Program-made: the position numbers and the translations under genes
Notes under the pieces: generated by a model
Told to the model about the DNA's origin: nothing
Databases searched by the model: none
What the model saw: the letters and a program-made list of their open reading frames with translations, nothing else
Assembly: GCF_041146345.1 (NCBI RefSeq)
Contig: NW_027191402.1
Coordinates: 124,001 to 188,000, forward strand
Direction: 5' to 3'
Source of the DNA: Neodothiora populina
Taxonomy: Eukaryota
Length of the DNA: 64,000 nt
Part shown: one piece after another, positions 38,173 to 50,828 of the stretch
Numbering within the stretch: position 1 is the first letter of the stretch
Layout: each line of letters starts with the position of its first letter

Positions 38173-38969
38173 TTAGGCGGTAGCGGCGGAGGCGGTAACT
38201 GTCTCAACCTCGATCTTGGGCATCGAGGCACCGGTGCCGCCGAGGTCAGTGACCTTGGCCTTGGGGTTCTTAGTGTAGTAGTTGGAGATTGCGGACTTGA
38301 TGGCATCCTCAGCAAGCATGGAGCAATGGACTGCAAAAGAACGGGTTAGTGTCAACCCGCGAAAATGACATTAACAAGTAGTTTTCCACATACGCTTGAC
38401 AGGAGGAAGACAGAGCTCTTTTGCAATCTCGGTGTTCTTGATTCTGGCAGCCTGTTCAAGGGTCATGCCTCGAACAAGTTCAGTCAAGTAAGATGATGAC
38501 GCGATGGCCGAGCCGCAACCGAAAGTCTTGAACTTGACATCGGAGATGGTGTTGTCGTTGGGGTCAACGCGGATCTGAAGCTTCATGACATCTCCACATG
38601 CGGGTGCGCCGACGAGACCAGTGCCGACATCAGTGTCGTTCTTGGCCATGCTGCCGACGTTGCGAGGCTTGTTGTAGTGGTCGAGCAGTGCTAAGAAGGT
38701 CAGCTTTACGTCCTCAGAAAGAAAAGATGTGGCGACAACACTCTGGCTGGCAGCACAGATGTCATGTCTTAAAACAACATGTGCCAGGCCGGGCCATTGA
38801 CGCCAAGGGAGGGAAAGGACATATCTTTCTCGTGGTAGCTTCGCTTGCTGGCAACCTGTGATATTGCGGGTGCTGCAGCTCTGATGGATGATGTAAATCC
38901 AGGGCGAACCGACGTTACGAGAGCTCTTCCGGCTTGCGCTGGTGCGGTGGCGATGACTCTTCTGAACAT
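38173..38969 (-). CDS. ISU1: Mitochondrial iron-sulfur cluster scaffold IscU/Isu1
   Basis: Arg/Ser/Ala-rich presequence MFRRVIATAP; GLVGAPACGDVMKLQI, FKTFGCGSAIASSS, LPPVK|LHCSMLAEDAI. Exons 38969-38825, 38687-38394, 38330-38173. Intron 1 is read as AT-AC. Confidence 0.96.
38688..38824 (-). other. Non-canonical U2-type AT-AC intron in ISU1 (137 nt)
   Basis: GAG AAA G|ATATGTCC...GCTGACCTTCTTAGCAC|TG CTC GAC CAC TAC splices to E-K-V-L-D-H-Y, the conserved IscU motif. Confidence 0.8.
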
Positions 38970-39143
38970 ATTGTGCGGCTTGTTCTTGTTGTATGAGCTG
39001 ACTCGGATTGTGTGATGAGTGATGGATTGGATGGGATGATTAGGCAACTAGTTCTGCGTGATGCGGTCGGAATTGCTGTGATAGGTATGTGTATCGAGGA
39101 AGAAGATGTTGGAAAGAAAGCTGACTGAGGGTCATGACTTCAG

Positions 39144-39226
39144 ATCAGATAAAATCCGAACTCGGATCCGAATCTCCGCGGTACCTGCCGCAGCCAATGA
39201 CGAGCGCCGGGATGGAAATCTTATCT
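39144..39226. promoter_or_regulatory. Iron-regulatory promoter module of ISU1: SreA-type GATA site plus CBC/HapX bipartite site
   Basis: ATCAGATAA at 39144-39152 (ATCWGATAA consensus); CCAAT-N12-GAT at 39194-39213 (CSAAT-N12-RWT consensus); a second AGATAAG on the minus strand at 39220-39226. Confidence 0.68.
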
Positions 39227-40183
39227 CCACCGATGACGGCAACTTCCATCTTCTTAACTCCATCAATCACCGATGTGTTACAAGTGAGCTCCCAAGGCAA
39301 GTCCCCGTAAAAGGTGTGTAATGATACACATCTGATGCATTTCTTTCCCTCAGTTTGTGACTAATAGAGCAGCGGGATGAACCATGGCATATCGTCGATT
39401 AAAGTGTTGCGGACGATGCATAAACGGACAGGCCCATTTTCGAGTCAGCCACGGGAGCTAGAAAAAAGAATCCGAAGTATTTACTCGAGCCGGCGAATTC
39501 GGCGGATGGAGTACAGCATACCTTAATAAAACGTAGCTATCTTAGCTATCTTAGCAATTGTGCGGCGCGAGACGTCTCCCAAGGGACAGCAGCGATCCTA
39601 ATTGCAAGATGAAAAATCGTCTCAAGCCTCTGCATGGACCAAAGACACGGGCTGTCGCTCCCCTGAAAGACTTTTTTTTCCTCGGTGCGTGGTAGTGGTA
39701 CATTAGTTTAAACACTCTTTATGTTTCATCATGAAAAGGAGTGCATGTGTCTTATGCTGATGGCATATCAATGTGTTCTGTTGTACCTTGCTCATCCTGT
39801 CACGACGTGACCTCTGCAGAGCCTATGGCTTGCTACGATACTTTCTCACATAGGTGTAGTCACTGTTAAACTCCATCAATTCGATTTACCGAGCTGGTGT
39901 TTCGAGCTGTCACCGAATGTCTCACCACATCTTTGTCGTCCGCATGCAGAGAAAGTGGAACAGTCTCGGAGAGTACATGACCGCAAGTATAGTGTGACTG
40001 TCGGTGTGCATTTAACTACGGCGATTAAACCATGCGTTGTAAAGTTTCAGAACGAATATCCTCGAGCTTTGGCTTTTGGATTCTGCTCATAGGAATGTCT
40101 CGGTCAGACAATCCGAAGGTCCCCTTGTCGTAGGCAAAAGTTCACAGTACGCCTAGCTGACACAGACTGACGTTAAGCTGTCA

Positions 40184-41005
40184 TCACAGTGTCGACAGAG
40201 GTAGAGCTTGCGATGGTTCTTTGGCCGCCTCCATGGAGTGGACCCCGTTCATGCTGCAACGCACCCCCCCAACTCCACAACCTCCCTTAGTCAGTCCTCG
40301 ACAGGTCTTTCGAAGACAGAGCTCGTCGTGAACATGATACTCACAAGGATCCTCAAACCTCGGCAACACCTTCTCTCCACCATCCCCGTCCTCCCTTCCT
40401 CTCACGACCTCCAGCAACCCCCTACACAACCCACCCAAAAAGTCCAACGGGATGCGATCTCCACGCATCTCAAACGCATCAGGCTGATAAAAAGCAAGAG
40501 ACAAGTCTCCGACCAGCCTCATCATCTGCGTCTCAGGAATCAGATCAGCCAGCATCGCTTTTACGGGAATGGTTTCGTATCGCTCGCTCGTCTGCATCAT
40601 GTCGTCCACACAAGCGTTCTGTAGTCGTGCATCTCCCATCTCCCATCCGAGATTGAAAAGCCTTATCAAGTCTTTGAATCGGCCCTGGTGTTGTTCACGC
40701 AATTGTAGTGTAGTTGACCAGGAGATGTAGTCTTGGAAATCGAGGGCGTTGATCAGGGGTAAGTAGACCGTGACGTTTTGGGTGTTGCTATTGCGGGTGA
40801 CTTCTTGAACGGCGCCGAGGAAGACTTTTGATATTGAGCATATTGTTGCGTGAGGTAGTGTTAATGGCTTCTTTCCTGGTCCGATCAAGGTTGTGATGAC
40901 TTCAGACTCGTGTTCTGGCAGCTGCTGCTTCTTGACATGATAATGATGACGTTCGGCGTTGCCAGTCAGGTCGTCTGGCCCGCTGTCTTTGCTGTGCCTT
41001 GACAT
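40184..41005 (-). CDS. Divergent BTB/POZ-like domain protein
   Basis: ITTLIGPGKKPLTLPHATICSISKVF, VYLPLINALDFQDYISW, LFNLGWEMGDARLQNACVD and CEYHVH resemble the fast-evolving fungal BTB family. Confidence 0.65.
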   Translation of the reverse strand: MSRHSKDSGPDDLTGNAERHHYHVKKQQLPEHESEVITTLIGPGKKPLTLPHATICSISKVFLGAVQEVTRNSNTQNVTVYLPLINALDFQDYISWSTTLQLREQHQGRFKDLIRLFNLGWEMGDARLQNACVDDMMQTSERYETIPVKAMLADLIPETQMMRLVGDLSLAFYQPDAFEMRGDRIPLDFLGGLCRGLLEVVRGREDGDGGEKVLPRFEDPCEYHVHDELCLRKTCRGLTKGGCGVGGVRCSMNGVHSMEAAKEPSQALPLSTL

Positions 41006-41999
41006 GATGTCGATGTTACCTTAGCCAGAGTCTGATTCCCATCGAGGTTGTGAGATGCGTTCATCCGTGAAGGAAACAACAGACTACAGTCGTGACCTAC
41101 GTCTCGACAATGACATATCATAAGTTGATACATCAAGTCATGGCGAGAAATGAAGCCATCAGTCGCAGGTTGAATTACAAGTCAACTGATAATGAAGACA
41201 ATTCCTTTGTTCACAGTGACACATTCGAGTAGAAATAAAAATGCTGTTAGAAGAGTTCTATGATCTTCCTCTGCTTTGGAGGAGATTGTCTCTATGGAAT
41301 ATTGTAATATTGGGGAAAAAGGCAAACACGAGCCCATCGAAGGACCGATCAAGCCGCGGCAACGCTGATAATACAGAAAAAGAGCTCGACTTCTGGTCGG
41401 CGAGGATGAAAAGCGCACCTGAAAGCGCGAGTGGGTTGTGAATAGAAGTATCCGCTAACACAAGAAAAGTATGGCTGTTGTAACTCAATGAAATTGGTAT
41501 TCTTGCCGAAGGCTGATCGGCTTGATCGATTCGATCATGGTCGTCTCTGCGCGGTGAACGCATGCGAGAGAGGAAATTGACATAGGCGGCAAGGCAGGCA
41601 TTTCCGCCATCCTTGAGCCATGCCTTGTCTGCTATGCAAAGCGTGATTGTTGTACAACCCGCCAGAATATTTTGCCCAGAGGGTAGCCCCGATTGAAGGA
41701 GCAGCAAAAGCAAGCAGGGCGAGGACTACCTCAAGCCCGGAGAAGGGTATAATCGCTCAACAAAAGAAAACCCAGTGGCTTTTTCTTGCAGCCAGCCGAA
41801 CGCCGCACATTGCCGTCGTTTGTATCAATTTGCGCCGTGATGTAAAATATAAGGGAGGTTGATGCGGCGGCTCATCGAGAACGCCAGACATAGGAAGATG
41901 CTTGGAGGGAGTGGGACCAATGAAAGCTCCACTCGAATGGGAAAGTCCGGAACGCCTTGCTGAAAAGTGCAGTAGAGAAAACAAAAGAAATTAATGAAA

Positions 42000-43838
42000 T
42001 TAGTAAGAGAGTTGTCGGCGAAAGTGGGTCTGGCCCAAAGGCGAGTTATTGTAGTCGGGGCTGTCGAGTATGGTTTGCATGCGTCCACTAGCAGTGGGGC
42101 TGTCTTCCATATGACAGGACTGTTGTCCGAAAGCAAAGGTCTGTGCGCGGCTGAGCTTTGCTCTGTTCTGCTTGAGCATTCCCAGGCCTTTCTCGCACTC
42201 TTGCTCGTGGTTCTTGTCCTGCATCTCGACGTAGTTCTGGGGAAAGCACTTGGTTCTGTGGTTGGCAAAGAACTTGCTATAGCCACCGTCAAGGATGTAC
42301 ATCTCGGGGTAGGTAAGCTTGGGATATTGGAAGTCATTGACAGCTCGGTCGCGGTTGCGCACAAACTTGGCCATGCGAGGGGCGCGGAGCTCAGAATATT
42401 CACAGTGAAAGACAAGCAAAGTCTTGGAAGAAGGCTCGGCCTCGAACAACTTGCCGGCCAATGCTTCCTTGTCATTGAAGTTGAGAGCGCCATCGATGTG
42501 GCCTCCGTTGTATTCGTACTCGAAGCGGCAGTCGACAATGTAGATCTGGTCATAGTATGTGTTGTAGTTGCCATTGAGAATGTTGAGAAGGGTGTCTTGT
42601 TGGATGCGAGGCAGGCTGTCTGGCTCGTCATCCGGGATGAAATGGGGGAGCATGTGTTTGTACTCCTCATTGACATCCATTGCCAGAGGAGAGTTACTTG
42701 TAGCGGGCTGGTACTCTTCACTGTGGTCCTTCATCACATCGTCTGGGTGTTGGAACATGCTCAGAGAACGGCGGACCTGCTTCCTCGGCGGAAGGCGCAC
42801 CGGGGCGATCTTCTTGACGTGTGAGTTGAGCGGTGAGCCGACGTTGCGGCAGGCGAGAGACGTGCGCCTCGACGGCGGGCCGACGGGCAGGTTCATCGGG
42901 ACGGGTTTCCGGTCCGCAATCGGGGACTCGAAGCACTCGTCCAAGCTTGTTGTGGAGGCTGACGGGCCACCGAAACGAAATGTGGGAAGTTGGGAATCGC
43001 TGCTGGATGCTTTTTGAGGGACGGATGTGGTCGAGTACCCCTTGTGTCTGACCAGTCCAGGTCTACGAGCAAATCTACGCTCAAGGGGAACGGACAATGA
43101 CTCTGCACCCGAGCGACTGGCCAGCGAAGGTCTCGACACAGAGTAAGAGAAGGAATCGTCCTCGTCGTCTTCTTCGGGGGTGGGTTCGGGTGAGGGGGAT
43201 GGTAGTGTGACGTTGATGGCGACATTGTTCGCAAAGCAAGCCTGCTTATGTGGTAGCGGTGAGATGTCCATCATCAGGTCGTTGCACGGAGAGGACGAAG
43301 GGATCGGAGGCGTCGTCGTGCCTTCAAAGTCGACGGGAGGCGTGATTAGGTCATCTTTGAAATTACCGCATTAGCTTTGCAGCCGAGAGCACACCACACT
43401 TGTGGTGTTAATAACAGTAACAGTAGACCGACCTGTGTCACATGGCAACATGAAGCTCGCGCTGAACAGGGAGCGTCTAGGGGTGGGAAACTGCGGGCTA
43501 ATGGATTGTGAGCATTCGTGTCATTCCATACTCGATACTCAATACCCGTCGGCATGTGACGGAGATTGGGTGTTGTGGAATGCTGCATACCTCTGGTCGA
43601 TGTGGAAGTTTGATGACAAGTCGGCTGCCAAGCTTGACGTGGGAGAGCAACCACGTGCTGGCTTCAGAGTGAAGTAATCCGACGAGCTTTTCCTCATGCT
43701 CAACTCTTTGAAGTTGAAGCTGTTGCTGCTGAAGGTCTGGGACCCGTACATTGATCTCGAAGCTGGAAGATCGCGACGATTGCCCCACGGAGGGCATGGT
43801 GGTGGGTGCATGGCTGCCAACGGAGAAGAGAATTCCAT
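42000..43838 (-). CDS. cdc25: M-phase inducer phosphatase (Cdc25/Mih1/NimT)
   Basis: Exons 43838-43591 (MEFSSPLAAM...SPTSSLAADLSSNFHIDQ), 43497-43433, 43354-42000. Rhodanese domain IVDCRFEYEYNGGHI, active site HCEYSELRAP, YPEMYILDGGYS. Confidence 0.95.
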
Positions 43839-46800
43839 CATTGATGATTGAGTGCGCAATGGTTCCGGCTCGATAAGATACGTTGGTAATTTTCTCTGGA
43901 ATGTCCAGGTGTGAAGCTTGGTCGGACAGCTGCTGCGTGCGTGCGTGCGTGCGATGCTGATACAGAATGGATTCCAATTTCGATAGATCCGATTAAGCTG
44001 CAAAGACAGTCGAGATTGACGATGATGATGATGATGTTTGACGTGGTGATGTTGCAATAGTACAATAGCAGTAGTGGCAGATTTTTAGATTTTAACAAGA
44101 AACAGTAATCTGATTTCTAGGACGACGAGGGGGGCAAACAGAAGCTCTAGAACTTGGTCGCTGGTATAGAGGGCAAAGCTGGGACTGATGAAGGCGCAAC
44201 GCTGGCTGGCTGGAGTCGAGTGGGAAAGCTGCTGCCAAACCCAATTGGTCTTCGACACGGAAAGTACGATGGGAACCTCGGTCGTCTTCCTTCTTCTGCT
44301 TCGTCTCTTCGTCGTCGATGGTCGTCGTCGTTATAGGCTACTGCCCTTCTCTGAGGAGAGAAGAAATGCCAGAACTGCAGGAAGCTCTCTAGATAAAGAG
44401 GTCGTCGGCTCAGGCGAAATCTCCATGCCAACGCTTCTTCCTGCCTTGGTCTGGCTGGCCTGAGCTTGAAAGGCACGCCGCTCCACACGTTAAACTGTCA
44501 CACGGCAGACAAGCCCTACATCGCTAGCTCGATGCACGACAAATGCTTATGATGTTCCCGTTGGACAAATCATATGCCATACTCGCTTGTTTGCCGCTAC
44601 CCCTCCAGGTGATCTTGCACAGCATTCGGCAAGTCAGCCAGAGAGGCGTATCGTCGATACGGTCCTTGCTAGCCAGCTGTACCTTACGCACTACCACGGC
44701 CTTGTGGGATTCCAAGTAGAGTCCACAAGTCCACATATCCACTTTTTATCCTCAGGTACGCCGTGCATGTTGGCTGCATGTAGGAACGTAACGCAACGCA
44801 ACGCAACGCAAGCTCTCCTCCCCGATTCCACGATCAGGCTTGGCATTGCATTATTCCACCAGAGGGGAAAGTTGCCGTGGTTGCAGTCAACCGTGCCACC
44901 GTTCAGCTAGGTGAGAAGCTATGCTATGCCAGGGACAACCTGCACAAACGATCATTATTGTCTCCGTTGCTCGGCTGATTAGCCAAAGTACCTTCATTAA
45001 GGTACAGAGTAACTCCACGACGCCCTTGCTTCGCGCTCAGTGCAGTTGGACCCGACTCGACTCGACTCGTTGCGGCGCGTCTCACAGACCACAGGCTTCG
45101 CTGACCGGCCTATCCCAAGCACTCGTGCCACCCGAAAGACACGCATCCTTCTTCGGAAAGCCAATCTTCGCAATGTGCGAGATTCTGCGCTTCTTCCACA
45201 ACCTTGACCGGTGCCCACTCCATAAAGTCTATGTGGAAGCTGGAAATAAGAGCAATCTGCAATGATTTACCTCTTATCCCTCCACTTTCCAGATTAAATC
45301 GACAAAAGGATCAACAAACGACATCTGGAGTGACAGCACGAGTACTGTGCTTGGTTACTGTACATGGAGCCCACACCTTGTACATAAGAAAGCAATTTTT
45401 GTCGTCATATACGAAACCGTGCACTAATGCTCCGCAAGGAACTGATCCAATATGAGCAGGCGTGTTCTCTAGTTTGCTAATCATGAATGCGGCTAGACGA
45501 TCCTCAAGCTTCCGTATCTGAGGGTCCCCTCTCTTTTTGGGTGAAACCGGGCATCTCCCAGCCCGCACGGCCAGTTTACAGACTAACGTCTCGAGAGCAA
45601 CGCAGAGCAGCCCACTCAGTGTCCGTTCCTCGAGCCCTTACGTGCTTCTCGTCGCGTGGCTTTGCGAACGTCCGACAGCCGAGTCGTCTCTCTGCAATCG
45701 CAGATTCTCCGCCAATTCTGTGATCCCTCGCAATCCCGACGTCACTCATTCTGCCTTGAATCGGCCTCGAGGTTCGCTCTTGGAAGATCATCATTATCAC
45801 GCTTGCACGTCCATCCAAACACTCATTCGTCTGGTAGTTGCTATGCGGTCCTGGATTCACTATCATTGGCGGCCTTGCTGCGCAATTGTGCTTGGAGCTT
45901 AACGGCTCCTTCTTCTTATCCTCGTAGTGGTGAGCCCATGCCACCATAGTAACGCAACCTATTCTGCTCTAGGCTTTCGGTCCTCCCAGCCAATGACAGT
46001 GCGCCGACCACCTTTGAACTTAGATTGATGATCTGATCCTGCCGCCAGTGTCGACGACTGCCCTTGTCAGACTCGGTCTGCTCACCATCTGACAAAATCT
46101 GGTAGCGAAGTAACCGGGGTGGACGCGCGCTCGTCTCAAAGTCGACAGAGCTAGGGTAGCTTCTCAAACGCGGTAGAAGTAGTCAGGGTTGATGTATCAG
46201 AATGCACCTTGCATTCACTTGTACATACGCCTTTATCCAGTCTTGACAATTTCCATGTTCGGAAAAAACTTCTCAAGCGTTCTTGCACTGTATGCATATG
46301 ATTTTTCGTCCTGAAGGATATGCAATGGGAACTTTCGTCTTGCACCTGGAAATTATCCATCTCGGCTTACCTTTGCTATACGATTCAACACGACCCATGC
46401 TCTGCACAGCTTTCGAAACATCCACTTCCGGCCCGCGAAGGTTTCGTTTTCTTGCGCAGGCCTTGCGCAGGCGGCAGTCTTGTCAGCGTTCGGCGTCTAT
46501 ACCTGGCTTGTCTTTTTTCCACGCCAATACCTCTAGACCTCGCGTTTCTTCGCCTTGCATCCACAGCATCGCGCATGTGGGTCTGACAAGGGGCGTTGCA
46601 AAAATAACGTCCCGCAGTCCATTGACAAACCGTTTGCTAACAGCGAACTCTGTCCGTAGCTGTTCATAATAAATGTCCAGCTGTATAACGGTCATATAAA
46701 GAAAATTGTTCCTTTTACACGAACATTGACAACCACATAATTATACCGTCTATCCAATATCTGCCTTCGGTAGTTACTGTGCATATCTGAGTATCAACGT

Positions 46801-47735
46801 CTGTATCTGTCTCGCCGCTCTAGACGCAAACGACATACATGATGTTCCTTCGTATGGTCCGCAGGATACATGCTCAACGCTTTACAATCTCGCTGATGAT
46901 CACCCATCCAGGTCCCAGCCAGACCGACCAACACTCGGCTGAGATCGTAAGCACAGGTTAACGTCGCTCTCTTATCTTTACGCTGTACAGGTATCTTGCT
47001 TTCCAAATCAATTATGCTTCGAATCAGGGATTGCACCGTACTGTAGGTTACTGCGCGCAATCGATGCAAGTCTTGCTTTCGTACTTTCCTTACCTGGTAA
47101 TAGAAAGACAGAGCTATCACATCATCAGTCCTTGGCTGGACCACAAAATCAACAAGGATCCGCCTTGCCGGCGATGATATGCTACTGTAGAACACTCCGT
47201 AGCCCATCGTGGAGCCTTCGTACATGATCTTCAAAGCAAGACAGATACACTCCAACCTTGTCCTTCGGACAGCTCAACGACTGACCTTTTCCAGGTGGGC
47301 GGGACGTCTTCCCGGCGTCATCTTTGGGAATGGCTTGCATATGATTCCTACCATACAAAGTAAGAAGCTGCAAGCTGCAGGGGTGGAAGCATGAGTGCAC
47401 ATCAGAACCACTGACGATGGTTGTGGGTCCTTTTTTGCGGAGACGTCGACTTTTTTCGGCATAGATGCCGATGGATTTATACTTAAGCATGAAGCCTTGT
47501 GCTGTGAACAGATGTTCATGAAGTTGTGGAGAGGCTCTATGTAAAGCATTGCAATAATACAGTGTGCAGCATGCCTGTTTCACGGGCAATCTCAGGGTCC
47601 TCGGGGCTAAGCTTGGCTAACCGTAGCGCCAAACCTGAGACAAACTTCGAAATCGAACTTTTTTATAATTTGCGCTCCACGTATCCATAATATATCACAC
47701 AATCGCCAATTTCGGGTGTGGAAAATCTGTATAGA

Positions 47736-50700
47736 ATGGCCGGGAAACGACGCAGAGAAGCCAACGTAGTCGAGGACAGGTCGGCAGATACTGTCCATCC
47801 CTCGAGAAAGCGCCGCCTCGAGTATTCAGAGACCGACGCCAAGCTTGCTTCCTTGTTCAATGATCTAGCAGACGACGTGAAGTCGACCAGAATAAAAGCT
47901 GCTGCGGAGCTGATACGTACTCTCACCGATGCCGATGCCGTAAAGCTCGACAAGGCATTGACAAGACTCATCAAGGGTCTCTGTAGTAGTCGCAAAGCGG
48001 CGCGTTCGGGATTTTCGGTGGCGCTGACCGAAGTCTTGAGACTCACCCCGAAACATGCAACGCCCACGTCTACTGATGGCTTGAATTTGACCCTTTCATC
48101 CCTCATTAATAGGATCGTCACTATTGCGACTCCGGATGTCAGAAGCAATAGTCAGGTACGCGTTATCTATGGAACTAATGTTGCCTGTACGACTGAGCTA
48201 ACATGACATGTTCAGGAAAGACGAGATTATCTTCTCGGACGATGCTTCGGCTTTAAATCACTCATTCAGAGTCAGCTCCTCTTTCAGGAAGACGTCCCTC
48301 TCGGTCAATGGGAGAAGGTGCTTGACTACATTTGCCAATTGGCATCGGAGACGCTATGGTTGCGCAGAGAGTGTGGAATGACACTTTTCGAGTCATTATC
48401 CACGTTGGCCTCGATCAAGGGATTCGATATCCAATATGCTAACACAGTGTTGGCGAAGCTTCACCAGCACAAATTGCTCAAGACTCCTGAAGGTCTTGCG
48501 ACCTGGCTCACGGCTACTGCCTTGTTCCCCGCTATCGACTTGCCCAAGGGTGTCTGGCACCATAACGATCCTCTGAACGGCAAAGAGAGATCTGTCGTTG
48601 CGAAAGTTCTTCGGAACAACAGCAGTCCTGCTGAAGATGAGTCCGGCAATACGAAGAACACCGGTGCTGCACAAACAACTCCATCATTCGCATGGCAGGT
48701 TGTGCTCAATAAGCTTTACGAACGTAGGGCTGGAGAGAAGGGACACGAGGACGTCGACAAGTTTTGGGTAGAGGCGGTTGACAGTGAGATTCCCCATACT
48801 TTCTTTATACGGTATCATACCTGCTAACACAGTTCAGACGGACTTTTTTCGTCCTCTGCTAGCACTGAACGAAAGGCTCTTGGCCTCCAAGTAGTCACTC
48901 TAGGAATCATGACTGCTCCATGTGAACTACTGGGCATCGTCTTCAGTCCAAACGTGATGCGCTGCATCATGAATCAGCGGGCAGAAGCCGATCGCTATCT
49001 TCATGAAGCTGCGAAGGGTCCTCTTCTGCAAGCGGTTGCACGCGCTAAAGCTGAACACGAGGCTGTTCCATATTTCCTCGAGGCTTTGCTTTCGTCCAAA
49101 GGTGCCATTGATTTCGACAAGATGACTAAGACCAAGACGGTAGAAGAATTACTCAAGCGCGTCAAGAGCGAAACGCAGGGGCGTTGCCTAGATGTGCTGC
49201 AAAGCTTGATCGAAAATCCAGGCACAGATGACCAACAGCTAGCAAACAACAGGCGACGCATACTTGCTGATATGCTCTTGACCTTGGTCAGAACCACAGT
49301 GGCAGAGGAAAGCGTGGAGACCATCAAAGGTCTGCCCGTCAGCTCACTTGCCCTCTCACTGATGGTCAAGTTTGGCTATGGTGATTCTAAAGATCCCGTA
49401 CCAATCTCCGAAGCCACGCGAGAGATATTTAGAGCTCGACTAATATCCGGGCTCAATCACACCATGTCTACTCGACGGGACAAGGATTTCAAAGTCCCCG
49501 AAAACATAGCTTCGAAGGTCTGTGCGGCCGATAGCACCTCCAGCTCCGGCCTCCGCACAAAAGCGGATAAGCAAGTTATCGACGTCGTAGAAAGGTCGCA
49601 TGCCATACTTGACGAATTAAGTCGCTTAGACAAGAAGAACAAGGATAAGGTGAAGCCTGCCTTACGTGCCTTCAAAGCACTTTTCGCGCTTTCAGTCATA
49701 CAGGCATACAATGGCGAGGCCGACGTCATTGGGGTCCTCGAAGATCTGGAGATTGCTTACCAGTCATGGCAGAACAATACAGATGCATCAGTCATGCTGA
49801 TAGAAATTCTTTTGAGTTTCATCTCAAAACCATCCGCAGTGTACAGGAAGCTGGCTCAGCAGGTCTTCGGTGCGTTTGCGCCACAGATGAACGAGGACGG
49901 TCTGCAGTCCATGTTGGATATCCTTGAGAAGAAGGAGAGCCTCGCTGGACAGCAGGAGCTATTCGACAACGATGATGATGCCGAGGAACTTGCAGGGTCT
50001 TCGGACATAGAAGGCGAAGAAGACTCGGACGTTGAAATCATAGACGGTGAAGACGCCAGTGATGTCGAGGTTGACGAGGGTGGCTCGGACGAGGATGAGG
50101 AAGAAGATACAGATGACTCTTCCGAAGAGGAGCAAGCAGGGGGAGATGAAGAAGCTGAGTTCGAAATGAAGCTTGCCGAAGCACTTAGGACATCTAAAGC
50201 CGGTGCTGAACCTAAGGAAGCTGACTCGGACGACGATTCGGACATGGACGATGAGCAAATGATGGCCCTAGACGGCCATCTCACAACCATATTCAAGGAG
50301 CGCAAGAAGAACTCTAACAAGAAGAAGGACAACCGCGACGCGAAAGAGAACATTGTCAACTTCAAGAACAGGGTTCTTGATCTACTCTTGATCTTCACAA
50401 AGCAAGAACATACAAATGTCTTGACTCTGAGCCTTATTCTCCCAATGATCACTCTGGTCAAGACAACTACCAGTAAACAGCTTTCCGAGAAAGCATTCAA
50501 TTTGCTACAACAGTACTTCGGTGCCTGTAATAAGAGCAAGGCATTTCCGGAGCCCGACGACGATGCCGAGGCATTGGACTTGCTGGAAGCAGTTTTCGGA
50601 GAAATACGCTCTAATGCGTCCAAGCTTCACAGCAATGCTTGTAGTCGCTCGTCCTTGTTCCTCGCAAAGATCTTGGTCAGCAAAGACGTCGAAAATTATG

Positions 50701-50828
50701 CCAAGATTGCCGACATGTACACGGAGCTTCAAAAGGAGTGGTATACGGAGCCGAAATCACACATTCAGGCGAGCGTTTTCACCGAATGGACTAGCTGGAG
50801 CATAGTGACCAAGAAGCATCAGCACTAA
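47736..50828 (+). CDS. POL5: DNA polymerase phi / MYBBP1A-like nucleolar protein
   Basis: Exons 47736-48155, 48216-48783, 48838-50828. Motifs RLIKGLCSSRKAARSGFSVALTEVL, ASTERKALG, acidic tract, DMDDEQMMALD and NFKNRVLDLL. Confidence 0.92.

Noticed and set aside
41825..42824. Long overlapping ORFs (276 aa on +, 298 aa on -) across cdc25, and similar ones over fimbrin, DBP3, UBP14 and POL5
   Set aside because: These are shadow frames expected from biased codon usage in real genes; they contain no recognisable motifs.
46794..47589. Overlapping 153-aa and 135-aa minus-strand ORFs upstream of POL5
   Set aside because: No recognisable family and no coherent splice model, so a gene cannot be supported.
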